A stretch of DNA of 24,000 bases from Acidocella facilis ATCC 35904 (GCF_000687875.1 NZ_JHYG01000009.1:33634-57633); one strand, 5' to 3'; shown: positions 15,646 to 23,754, numbered from the stretch's first letter. Numbers and translations: made by a program. The notes: generated by a model from the sequence alone, not told the origin.

Positions 15646-15721
15646 GCGGCGCTTCATCCCCCGTTAACATGAGGCGTGGCAGACTCATGTTTATCTTCCA
15701 ATCTTGCAAAAGCGGGGTGTG

Positions 15722-16114
15722 ATGTCCTCTCTGGTCCTGGAATTGAAGCAGGGTGAATCGATGATCCTCAATGGGGCGGTCATCCGGTTCAAAACCCGCA
15801 CGCGGCTGGAGCTGAACAGCCATGCGCGCTTTCTCTTCGGCAAGCAGATCATGCCGGCGGAGGAAGCCACCAGCCCGCTGCGCCAAGCCTATTTCGCCTT
15901 GCAGCAGGCTTATATCAGTGATGAGGAGGAGCGGCCGGAGGCGCTGCAGCGCGCCCGCGACAATATTCGCCGGCTGATGGGCGAGGCGCCGGAGGCGCAG
16001 CGCGAGGACTGGTCCGCGCTGCTGCGCCTGACCAGCGAGGAGACCGTGCTGGATGCGCTCAAGCGCGCCCGGCAGATGATCCGCGCGGCGGAGTCGGCAC
16101 CGCAAGGGAATTGA
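15722..16114 (+). CDS. flbT: FlbT-family flagellar biosynthesis repressor homolog
   Basis: MSSLVLELKQGESMILNGAVIRF...RLEL..HARFLFGKQIM...ATSPLRQAYFALQQAY aligns by eye to the Caulobacter FlbT N-terminal region (LKPGEKFVLNGAV...LREKDIM...TPARHIYF). Confidence 0.65.
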   Translation: MSSLVLELKQGESMILNGAVIRFKTRTRLELNSHARFLFGKQIMPAEEATSPLRQAYFALQQAYISDEEERPEALQRARDNIRRLMGEAPEAQREDWSALLRLTSEETVLDALKRARQMIRAAESAPQGN

Positions 16115-16121
16115 TGTTTGC

Positions 16122-16153
16122 GTTGAGCCGGGCGTGGTTATGTCCGGCTCAAC
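16122..16153 (+). terminator. Hairpin after flbT (possible terminator, no U-tract)
   Basis: GTTGAGCCGG / CCGGCTCAAC form a 10-bp stem with a 12-nt loop. The hairpin is followed by GTAATGG. Confidence 0.35.
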
Positions 16154-16168
16154 GTAATGGGATTTGGT

Positions 16169-16254
16169 TTAGAGCAATATGTGTTGAGGTTGACGCGCCA
16201 GCGTCAAGATAAACACACGAAATTGCTCGCTAAAACAAAAGCTTGATGCTCTAG
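16169..16254 (-). mobile_element. MITE-like TA-flanked repeat, copy 3 (20-bp internal deletion removes one arm of the terminator hairpin)
   Basis: It is colinear with copy 1 apart from three substitutions in the long hairpin and the loss of the 20-nt segment between two TTTT runs. TA flanks are present at 16170-16171 and 16252-16253. Confidence 0.75.
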
Positions 16255-16802
16255 CCGCGCAGCTCTTCCAGCCGTGCCAGCAGGGCCGGCATGTCCGGCT
16301 GTACCTCAAACAGATCGCGCACCTCCGGCCTGGCGAAGCCGCGCTTGATCGTCTCGTCGATCATCGCGATGAACGGGTCGGCCCAGCCGAGAATATTCAC
16401 CAGAATGATCGGCTTGGCGTGCTGGCTGAGCTGCTTCCAGGTCAGGATCTCGAAGGTCTCGTCATAGGTGCCCAGCCCGCCGGGCATCACCACGAACACA
16501 TCGCCCAGCGCAAACAAGCGGCGCTTGCGGGTATGCATCGAATCGGTGACGATCAGCTCGGTCAGGCCCTGGAACTCCACCTCGCGCTGGCGCAGGAAAT
16601 CCGGGATGATGCCGGTCACCTCGCCGCCCGCGCCCAACGTCGCGCCGGCGGTGATGCCCATCAGCCCGACATTGCCGCCGCCGAACACTAGGCGCATGCC
16701 GCGCTTGCCCAGCCCTTCACCCAAGGATGTGGCCGCCGCCGCATAGGCCGGATCCACCCCCGGGTTGGAGCCGCAAAATACGGTGACGGAAAAACTAGCC
16801 AT
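16251..16802 (-). CDS. LOG family (TIGR00730) nucleotide phosphoribohydrolase-like protein
   Basis: FCGSNPG, VFGGGNVGLMG and PGGLGTYDETFE (PGGxGTxxE) motifs are present. The ATG at 16802 is preferred over the longer ORF starting at 16883. Confidence 0.8.
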   Translation of the reverse strand: MASFSVTVFCGSNPGVDPAYAAAATSLGEGLGKRGMRLVFGGGNVGLMGITAGATLGAGGEVTGIIPDFLRQREVEFQGLTELIVTDSMHTRKRRLFALGDVFVVMPGGLGTYDETFEILTWKQLSQHAKPIILVNILGWADPFIAMIDETIKRGFARPEVRDLFEVQPDMPALLARLEELRG

Positions 16803-16855
16803 CTCACTCTGCCTCGCTTCCAGTTCTGCCCCGTTCGTGGCAGGCTGAAGCGGCC

Positions 16856-17836
16856 ATGGCAAGCAACGACACTCTTGAGACACCGGTGCGCAAGCGCACC
16901 CCTCTGCGGCTGATCATCCTTCTCGTGCTGGTCATCCTGGCGCTGGGGGATGCGGCGCTGCTCTTCTATCTGCATCACGGTCGCCACGGCGCGCCGGCCC
17001 CGGCCGTGCCGGTAGCACCCAGCGCTCCGGCGACGCCGCAGGCGGCCGCCGGCCCCGCCGTGCCGAGCTTCGACATCGTCCGCGTCGACCCGCAGGGCAA
17101 TGCGGTGATGGCCGGCCGTGCCGTGCCGGGGGCCACCGTGACCGTCAAGGATGGCGACAAGGTGCTGGGCACCGCGACCGCGGATGCGCAAGGCGCCTTC
17201 GTGCTGATCCCGGCCAGCCCGCTGCCCCCCGGTTCGCATGAGATCACGTTGTCCGAGGCGCTGCCCGGCGGGCAGGTGGTGCAGGGCCAGCAAAGCGCCT
17301 CGATCAATCTGCCCGGCAATGGCCAGCCGGCGCTGGCCGTGGTCTCCGGGCCGGATGGCAGCAAGGTTGTCACCGGCCAGGGGCCGCAGCCCGGCCAGCT
17401 CGGCATGGGGGCGGTGGATTACGACGCGCAGGGCCATGCCATATTCAGCGGCACCGCTCCGGCGGGGGCGCAGGTCACGGTCAATGTCGGCGGCAAGGAT
17501 CTCGGCACCGCCAAGGCGGATGCCTCCGGCCATTGGCATCTGCAGGCATCGGTGCCGACGGCGCCTGGCATGGTCACGCTGAACGCCACCGGCCCGGATG
17601 GCCAGGCGCTCCCACCGGTGACCGCGCCTTTTGCGCCGGAAGCTCTGACCAAGGCGCTGCAGGACGGCCATGTGCTGATCGCCCCCGGCGATAATCTCTG
17701 GATGATCGCGCGCCGGGTTTATGGGAAAGGCACCTTGTATACGCTGATCTATTCCGCCAATGCGGGGCAGATCCACGACCCCAACCTGATTTTCCCCGGC
17801 CAGGCCTTCGCCCTGCCGCAGACTCAGGCGCACTGA
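16856..17836 (+). CDS. LysM peptidoglycan-binding protein with an N-terminal TM anchor and Ig-like repeats
   Basis: The TM segment is LRLIILLVLVILALGDAALLFYL. There are two repeated modules (G.AVPGATVTVKDGDKVLGTATADAQGAF and GTAPAGAQVTVNVGGKDLGTAKADASGHW). The C-terminal LysM region reads IAPGDNLWMIARRVYG...YTLIYSANAGQIHDPNLIFPGQ. Confidence 0.75.
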   Translation: MASNDTLETPVRKRTPLRLIILLVLVILALGDAALLFYLHHGRHGAPAPAVPVAPSAPATPQAAAGPAVPSFDIVRVDPQGNAVMAGRAVPGATVTVKDGDKVLGTATADAQGAFVLIPASPLPPGSHEITLSEALPGGQVVQGQQSASINLPGNGQPALAVVSGPDGSKVVTGQGPQPGQLGMGAVDYDAQGHAIFSGTAPAGAQVTVNVGGKDLGTAKADASGHWHLQASVPTAPGMVTLNATGPDGQALPPVTAPFAPEALTKALQDGHVLIAPGDNLWMIARRVYGKGTLYTLIYSANAGQIHDPNLIFPGQAFALPQTQAH

Positions 17837-17852
17837 ATAAAGGCAGAGTTCC

Positions 17853-18542
17853 ATGAATATTGCTGAGACGATCAAATCGGTGATGAGCCCGCCGCACAAG
17901 GCCGGCTATCCGTTCATCATCGGCGGCATCGTGGTCGCCCTGATCGGGCTGGTGGTCTGGCACCCGCTGGCCTGGATCGGGCTGCTTTTCACCCTGTTCT
18001 GTCTGTATTTCTTCCGCGACCCGGAACGCGTGCTGCCGCCGCGCCCCAACGTGTTCGTCGCCCCCGCCGACGGTCTGGTGGTGAGCATCGAACAGGCGAT
18101 CCCGCCGGCGGAGCTCGGCTTGCCGCCGGTGCCGCGCACCCGTGTCGCCATCTTCCTCTCGGTGCTGGACGTGCATGTGAACCGCGCCCCGATCGCCGGC
18201 ACGGTGCAGAAGATCGCCTATCATCCCGGCCTGTTCCTCTCCGCCGCCGAGGACAAGGCGAGCGACGATAATGAGCGTAACTCGATGCTGCTGCGCACCG
18301 TCGATGGGCGCGAGGTGGTGGTGGTGCAGATCGCCGGGCTGATCGCGCGGCGGATTCTCTGCGAAGTGACCGAGGGCCAGGCGCTGCTCGCCGGCCAGCG
18401 TTTCGGCATCATCCGCTTCGGCTCGCGCACCGATCTCTATCTGCCGGAAGGCTGCCTGCCGCTGGTCGCGGTCGGCCAGCGCATGCTCGGCGGTGAGACG
18501 GTGATCGCCGAATTGCCGCCCGTGCTCAGCACCTTCCCGTGA
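17853..18542 (+). CDS. psd: Phosphatidylserine decarboxylase proenzyme (short alphaproteobacterial type)
   Basis: The 229-aa protein has N-terminal TM helices. The self-cleavage-site region is FGSRTD, and the HVNRAP motif is present. Confidence 0.85.
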   Translation: MNIAETIKSVMSPPHKAGYPFIIGGIVVALIGLVVWHPLAWIGLLFTLFCLYFFRDPERVLPPRPNVFVAPADGLVVSIEQAIPPAELGLPPVPRTRVAIFLSVLDVHVNRAPIAGTVQKIAYHPGLFLSAAEDKASDDNERNSMLLRTVDGREVVVVQIAGLIARRILCEVTEGQALLAGQRFGIIRFGSRTDLYLPEGCLPLVAVGQRMLGGETVIAELPPVLSTFP

Positions 18543-19387
18543 TGCGGCCGCGTCGGCTGCCGCGCCGGCAGCGTTTTTCCGGGCAGAGTTTCAACCGGAT
18601 GCTGCCCAATCTGATGACGCTGCTGGGGCTCTGCGTCGGGCTGTCCTCGATCCGGCTGGGGCTGGAGGGGCGCTTCGGCGCCGCCGTGCTGGCCATCGCG
18701 GTCTCGGGCGTGATCGACGGGCTGGATGGGCGGCTGGCGCGGATGCTGAAGGCGACCTCGCGCTTCGGCGCCGAGTTCGACAGCCTGGCGGATTTTCTCT
18801 GCTTTGGCATCGCCCCGGCGCTGCTGCTTTATATGTGGTCGCTGCAGCCCTGGGGGGCGATCGGCTTTCTGCCGCCTTTGATGTTCGCCGCCGCCATGGC
18901 GCTGCGTCTGGCGCGCTTCAACGCGGCGCTGGATTCCGCGCCCAAGGCCGCCTTCGCCTATAATTTCTTCACCGGCGTGCCGGCTCCGGCTGGCGCGGGG
19001 CTCGCTCTGTTTCCGCTCTTCATCGGTCTGGCGGCGAATGAGCATGACCAGTTCTGGCTGCAGGATGTGGTGAGCTACCCGCTTTTCACCGGCGCGGTGC
19101 TGGCCATGGTGGCGGTGCTATGCGTCTCCACTTTGCCGGTCTGGAGCTTCAAGAATTTCAAGATCCCCACCGCCGGCATCCTGCCGCTGCTGCTGGGGGT
19201 GGTGGTCTTCGCGGCTTTGATCTTCGCCGACCCCTTCATTGCCGGCGCGATGGCCGGGCTCGCCTATATCATCATGCTGCCGTTTTCGCTGCGCAGCTAT
19301 CGCAAGCTGGCCCGCGAGGCGAAGGCGCGGCGCGAAGCGTCTGTGGTGATCGATGATGAACAGGTCGTGACGCAACCTGAGGTTTGA
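18539..19387 (+). CDS. pssA: CDP-diacylglycerol--serine O-phosphatidyltransferase
   Basis: The CDP-alcohol phosphatidyltransferase motif DGLDGRLAR...G.EFDSLAD is present. The GTG at 18539 overlaps the psd stop, and the ATG at 18542 is an alternative start. Confidence 0.85.
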   Translation: MMRPRRLPRRQRFSGQSFNRMLPNLMTLLGLCVGLSSIRLGLEGRFGAAVLAIAVSGVIDGLDGRLARMLKATSRFGAEFDSLADFLCFGIAPALLLYMWSLQPWGAIGFLPPLMFAAAMALRLARFNAALDSAPKAAFAYNFFTGVPAPAGAGLALFPLFIGLAANEHDQFWLQDVVSYPLFTGAVLAMVAVLCVSTLPVWSFKNFKIPTAGILPLLLGVVVFAALIFADPFIAGAMAGLAYIIMLPFSLRSYRKLAREAKARREASVVIDDEQVVTQPEV

Positions 19388-19455
19388 TTTTTATTGATTT
19401 GATTAACCTGTCGTTTTAAATCTGATTCCGGAATAATCGCGCGGAGAAGCGTTTG

Positions 19456-22230
19456 ATGTCCGGCTTGACGCAAGGCGGCCCGATCTTGCTGGGAACGGCA
19501 ACCCCCGCCTCGTTGAGCCTGGCGAGCGGACTTTCCCTCACCTTGGCCGGCCAGGCGGCAACAGACAGCCCGGCGCTGGTCAGCGGGCTTTATGGCGATC
19601 AATCCTCGAACTGGACCATCGCGACCAGCGCCACGCTGGTCGCGGAGCTGACGCTGGCCAGCGGCGCGGCTGTCGGGGTGGGGCTCGAACTGGCCGGGGC
19701 CGGCACCATTGATAATGCTCTGGGTGGGACGCTGTCCGGCAATCTGGAAGGGGTGGTGCTGGCTTCGGGCGGGATCCTGGTCAGCCAGGGGCTTATCGAA
19801 GGGGGCGTTGCGGGCGGGGTAGGCTTGCAGCGGATCGGCGTGCGCATGGCCAGCGGCGCGCTGGAGAACGACGCGACCGGGACGATCACTGGTGGCGCCT
19901 ATGGTGTCAGCCTCGGCGGAGGTGGTGTGGTCAGCAATGCGGGCAGCATTTCCGGCGGGTTGGCGGGGATGGTGCTGGGTGCCAGCGGGCTGTTGGAAAA
20001 TCAGGCAGGCGGGGTGGTGCAAGGCGGGCTGGCCGGGCTGGTGCTGGGCGGCGGCGCCAGCCTGGTCAATCAGGGCGAGGTCCAGGCCACGAGCATCGCC
20101 GCCGGGCATGACGGGGTGATTTTGAGCGCCGGCGCCTATCTCGGCAATGCGGGGGTCATTGCGGGGTTCGATGCGGCTTATGCCGGGGCGGGTCCGGTGC
20201 GGCTGAATAATGGCGGCACCATGCTGGGCGGCGGGAGCATCGCGCTGGCCTTCCCGGCGAGCGGCTATGGCTTCACCACCGGTGCCGCGGTGGCGCTGGC
20301 GGCGGGGCAGGTCCAGAATACCGGGCTGATTGAGGGCGCCAGCGCGCCGTCCGGTTCCGTCTTGCGGCAGGGCACGGCGGGAGCCGGCATGGTGCTCGGC
20401 GCTGGCACATTGGTGAATGGCGGCGTGATTGCCGGAGGCGGCGGAGGCTCTGCCGGGTTCGGCGGCGTTGGCCTGTCCGGCGGGGCGGGGCTGGTTGCCA
20501 GCAATGATGGCACGCTGCTGGGCGGTGGCGGCTTCTATGGCGGGGCCGCGGCGATGCTGGCCGGCGCCACCTTGGTCAATCGCGGTTCGATCGCCGGCGG
20601 CAGCGGGACGCAGACCGGCGGCAACGGTGTGGTGCTGATGAACGATGCCCTGCTGGTGAATGCGGGCAGCATCCAGGGCGGGGCCGGGACGCGCTATGGC
20701 TGGGGCGAAGGGCTGGGGGCGGGGGTGGCGCTCTATACCGGCACGGTGCTCAATCAGGGGCTGCTCTCGGGCGGCGGCGGCGCCTTTATCGGGCTCTGGA
20801 TGGGCGGGGGCAGCGTGCAGAATATCGGCACCATCCTCGGCCATGCGGCGCTGGCGATGCAGGGGGGCAGCTTCACCAATGGCGGGCTGGTCGAGGGCGC
20901 GGCGGTGGCGCTGGACCTGGCCGGGGGGGCTTTCACCAATGCCGGCACGCTCGCCGGCAGCTTCGCCGCCTATATCAGCGAAGCCAGCCCCAGCCTCACC
21001 GTCGCCCCGGGCGGCGTGTTCGAGGGGAGGGTGACGGCCGTGAGCGGCGGCGGCACGCTGCTGCTCTCCGGCAGCCATGGCACATTGGATATGGGGGCAA
21101 GCTTTTCCGGCTTTTCCGAGATCTCCTTCGCCGGCACGGGCTGGATGCTGGCCGGGGCGGTGGCCGAGCTTGCCGGCGGCCAGACCCTCGCCGGGTTCGG
21201 TGCGGGGGATGTTCTGCGCCTGGACGGGGTGAGTGCCAGCAGCGCCAGCCTCGTCGCCGGGACCGGGCTGGTGCTGAGCGGGGCCAGCGGGACGGAAACC
21301 ATCGCCCTGGCCGGTTTCGATCAGGCCGGGCCGGTGACGCTCAGCCAGACCGCAGGCGGTGCCGAGATCGTCATCTGCTACCGGCGCGGGACCATGATCC
21401 AGACCGTGGAGGGCGAGCGCGATGTCGTGTCGCTGCGCATTGGCGATGTGCTGCCGACGCGCTTTGGCGGCCGCCAGCCGATTCGCTGGATCGGCCGCCA
21501 GCGTTTCGGGCCGGAGGCGCTGCGCGGCCAGCGCGCGCGCTGGCCGGTTTGTATCCAGAAGGGCGCGCTCGGCATGGGCCTGCCGCGGCGCGATCTGTTC
21601 GTCTCCCCGGGCCATTCCCTGCTGCTGGGCGGGGTGCTGGTGTTGGCGGAGGCGCTGGTCAACGGCGTCACCATCACCCAGCCAGAGCCGGCAGAGGCGG
21701 TTGAGTATGTCCTGCCGGAGTTTGAGCGTCATGATTGCCTGCTGGCGGAAAGCGTCTGGGCCGAGAGCTTTGCCGACGGGCCGGACCTGCGCGCGCAGTT
21801 TGACAATGGCGCGGCGTTTCTGGCGGCCCATCCGGGCTGGCAGGCGCCGTCCGCGCTCAGCTTGTGCGCCCCGCGCTTCCTCGCCGGCCCCCGCCTGGCC
21901 GCCGCGCTGCGCCCGTTTCTGCCGCCGCCGCCGGGCTTCGGGGCGCTGCGTGGCTGTATCGACATTGCCGATGGGCGCATGGTCTCCGGCTGGGCGCAGG
22001 ATATCGCCTCACCGCTCTGGCCGCAGATGCTGGAGATCTATGCCGGACGAACCAGGCTGGGCACGGTGCTGGCCTGCGACCATCGGCCGGATCTCGAACA
22101 AGCCGGCATCGGCATCGGCCGCGCCGGTTTCAGCTTCAGGGCGCCGCGCCGTTACAACCCGGCGCGGTTGCGCATTTCCCGTGTGGGGGACGGCGCTTCG
22201 CTCCCCGTTCCGGTGCGCCGCGCCGCCTGA
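19456..22230 (+). CDS. Large Gly-rich beta-helix repeat protein with a C-terminal Hint (Hedgehog/intein-like, Hint_2-type) domain
   Basis: GGAGA lies 8 nt upstream of the ATG at 19456, and a TTG at 19453 is also in frame. About 640 aa consist of degenerate ~20-25-aa repeats (G..L.N.G.I.GG..G..L). The Hint block then begins at the Cys codon 21376-21378: CYRRGTMIQTVEGERDVVSLRIGDVLPT..GGRQPIRWIGRQ...GALGMGLPRRDLFVSPGHSLLL. Confidence 0.8.
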   Translation: MSGLTQGGPILLGTATPASLSLASGLSLTLAGQAATDSPALVSGLYGDQSSNWTIATSATLVAELTLASGAAVGVGLELAGAGTIDNALGGTLSGNLEGVVLASGGILVSQGLIEGGVAGGVGLQRIGVRMASGALENDATGTITGGAYGVSLGGGGVVSNAGSISGGLAGMVLGASGLLENQAGGVVQGGLAGLVLGGGASLVNQGEVQATSIAAGHDGVILSAGAYLGNAGVIAGFDAAYAGAGPVRLNNGGTMLGGGSIALAFPASGYGFTTGAAVALAAGQVQNTGLIEGASAPSGSVLRQGTAGAGMVLGAGTLVNGGVIAGGGGGSAGFGGVGLSGGAGLVASNDGTLLGGGGFYGGAAAMLAGATLVNRGSIAGGSGTQTGGNGVVLMNDALLVNAGSIQGGAGTRYGWGEGLGAGVALYTGTVLNQGLLSGGGGAFIGLWMGGGSVQNIGTILGHAALAMQGGSFTNGGLVEGAAVALDLAGGAFTNAGTLAGSFAAYISEASPSLTVAPGGVFEGRVTAVSGGGTLLLSGSHGTLDMGASFSGFSEISFAGTGWMLAGAVAELAGGQTLAGFGAGDVLRLDGVSASSASLVAGTGLVLSGASGTETIALAGFDQAGPVTLSQTAGGAEIVICYRRGTMIQTVEGERDVVSLRIGDVLPTRFGGRQPIRWIGRQRFGPEALRGQRARWPVCIQKGALGMGLPRRDLFVSPGHSLLLGGVLVLAEALVNGVTITQPEPAEAVEYVLPEFERHDCLLAESVWAESFADGPDLRAQFDNGAAFLAAHPGWQAPSALSLCAPRFLAGPRLAAALRPFLPPPPGFGALRGCIDIADGRMVSGWAQDIASPLWPQMLEIYAGRTRLGTVLACDHRPDLEQAGIGIGRAGFSFRAPRRYNPARLRISRVGDGASLPVPVRRAA

Positions 22231-22470
22231 TCAGCCCTTCACATCCGTCTGCGGGCGGTCGATCCCGAGCGCCTCTTCCGTGTGCCAGGCGCCATCCTCG
22301 CTCTGATACTGGATCAGCCTGGTCTCGCCGGGCACACGCTGCTCCTGCGCGGCGCGGCGGGCGGCTTTCAACGCCGCCTCATGGGTCTTGAAGCTCTCGG
22401 AGAAACTGCCATCCAGCGTGTAGGCGAAGCCGCCATCGTGCGGGACGATTTTGTAATGCGCGGTGCTCAT
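22231..22470 (-). CDS. DUF2188-like small protein
   Basis: AGGAG lies 8 nt upstream of the ATG at 22470. HYKIVPHDGGFAY...F.THEAALKAARRAA...DGAW...KG resembles the DUF2188 pattern. Confidence 0.6.
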   Translation of the reverse strand: MSTAHYKIVPHDGGFAYTLDGSFSESFKTHEAALKAARRAAQEQRVPGETRLIQYQSEDGAWHTEEALGIDRPQTDVKG

Positions 22471-22503
22471 GCGGGCACTCCTTTCAGCCCTCAATATAAG
22501 GCG

Positions 22504-23532
22504 TCATCGAAGCCGCGCCATGGCCAGTGAGTCGGCATAGGCGCCGCCCCGGAAAATATCCGCGGCGAAACGCCCTTCCACCTCGAAGCCGAAGGATTCG
22601 TAAAGCCGGATCGCATGGTCCTGGTCCGCCAGCACCGCCAGCGCCACCCGGCTGAGGCCCAGCCAGCAATCCGCCAGCTCCAGCACCGCCGAGAGCAAGG
22701 CGCGCCCGATGCCTTGGCCCTGATAGGCATCATGCACCAGCAGCGACTCCACCGTGCCTGCATGCAGATGGCGCCCGCGTCCCGGTGTCAGTACCGCCAG
22801 CCCCGCCACCACCTCGCCGGACAGAGCGAGGATGGCATGCGCCCTGCTCTCCGGCGCGGCGAGATGCGCCACATCCTGCGGCGTCATGAAGGGCCGGCCG
22901 GTGGTGCCAAAGCAGATGCCGGGCAGGCTGCACAAGGCGGCCAGGCCCGGCAGGTCATCCGCGTGCGGCGCGCGCAGGCTGAAGGGGGCGCGCGGCGCCT
23001 GGGGCGGCCGCGGCGGGGCCAAGCTGGCATCGCGCGGCAGGCCCTGGCGCAGCCGCCCCATCGCCAGCGCGTCGCGCAGCACGCCTTCCTGCATCGCCTC
23101 ATGGCGCAGAACCGCCTCGGTGACGAAGCCGAAGCGCTTATAAAGGGCGATCGCGGCCTCGTTGTTGGCGAATACCGTCAGCTCGATCTTGTGCAGATTT
23201 AGCCAGTGATCCGCGAGATCCAGCAGCGCCGCCAGCAAGGCGCTACCAATGCCCTGGCGCTGCGCGGTCTCGTCCACCATGATCCCCAGCGTCGCCGCAT
23301 AAGCCCGCCTTGGGTTGGCTTCGCGGCGCAGGCTGGCTTCGCCCAGCACCTGCCCATCCGCCCCGCAGGCGACGAGCCGGGCATGCGTCGCCGTTTCATC
23401 CGCCAGCACGGCTTGCGTCCGCGCCAGGCTGGTGAAGGGCAGGGCGCAGGTAAAGCGGCGCACGCTGGGCTGGTTATAGATGCGGTTGAGTGCGACGGCA
23501 TCATCCGCGCAGGCGGGGCGGATGCTGATCAT
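22504..23532 (-). CDS. Tandem-GNAT (two acetyltransferase domains) fusion protein
   Basis: There are two paralogous halves, each with a Q/RxxGxG-type motif (QRQGIGSALL and QGQGIGRALL) and each ending in ..D.LAMGRLR / ..DSLAMARLR. They are joined by a Pro-rich linker (PPRPPQAPRAP). Confidence 0.8.
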   Translation of the reverse strand: MISIRPACADDAVALNRIYNQPSVRRFTCALPFTSLARTQAVLADETATHARLVACGADGQVLGEASLRREANPRRAYAATLGIMVDETAQRQGIGSALLAALLDLADHWLNLHKIELTVFANNEAAIALYKRFGFVTEAVLRHEAMQEGVLRDALAMGRLRQGLPRDASLAPPRPPQAPRAPFSLRAPHADDLPGLAALCSLPGICFGTTGRPFMTPQDVAHLAAPESRAHAILALSGEVVAGLAVLTPGRGRHLHAGTVESLLVHDAYQGQGIGRALLSAVLELADCWLGLSRVALAVLADQDHAIRLYESFGFEVEGRFAADIFRGGAYADSLAMARLR

Positions 23533-23717
23533 GGCATGGCCTCCTCGGCACAGGCCGGAATCTGCGCCTTGCCGCCTTCAATCACCACCGGGCGAAAGCC
23601 GCGCGGCGGCGGCTCGGCCGGCCGGCGCGCCAGCATGCGCGCCCGCGCATTGGCCGCGGCAAAGCCGAGCGCAGCGGCACAGAGGGACAGAAACGGCAGC
23701 CAGGCCAGGGGCGACAT
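23529..23717 (-). CDS. Small (62-aa) predicted membrane protein, translationally coupled to the tandem GNAT
   Basis: AGGAG lies 8 nt upstream of the ATG at 23717. The N-terminal hydrophobic segment is MSPLAWLPFLSLCAAALGFAAA. The stop overlaps the GNAT start (ATGA at 23529-23532). Confidence 0.5.
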   Translation of the reverse strand: MSPLAWLPFLSLCAAALGFAAANARARMLARRPAEPPPRGFRPVVIEGGKAQIPACAEEAMP

Positions 23718-23754
23718 GGAAAAGCTCCTCTTGGGTTGGGAGGCAGGGCGTTTT

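Noticed and set aside
15646-15721. Possible sigma54 promoter (TGGCAG...) upstream of flbT
   Set aside because: The -24 GG is present, but the -12 GC element at the correct spacing is TT. The TTGCA further downstream is too far away.
19388-19452. Possible CtrA box (TTAA-N7-TTAA) upstream of the Hint gene
   Set aside because: The two TTAA half-sites in TTAACCTGTCGTTTTAA are spaced by 9 nt, not 7, so this is not a canonical CtrA site.
19297-21831. 844-aa minus-strand ORF antisense to the Hint-domain gene
   Set aside because: Its Arg/Ala/Gly/Pro/Gln-rich low-complexity composition is typical of antisense frames in high-GC DNA. It has no recognisable motifs, and the plus-strand frame carries a clear Hint domain.
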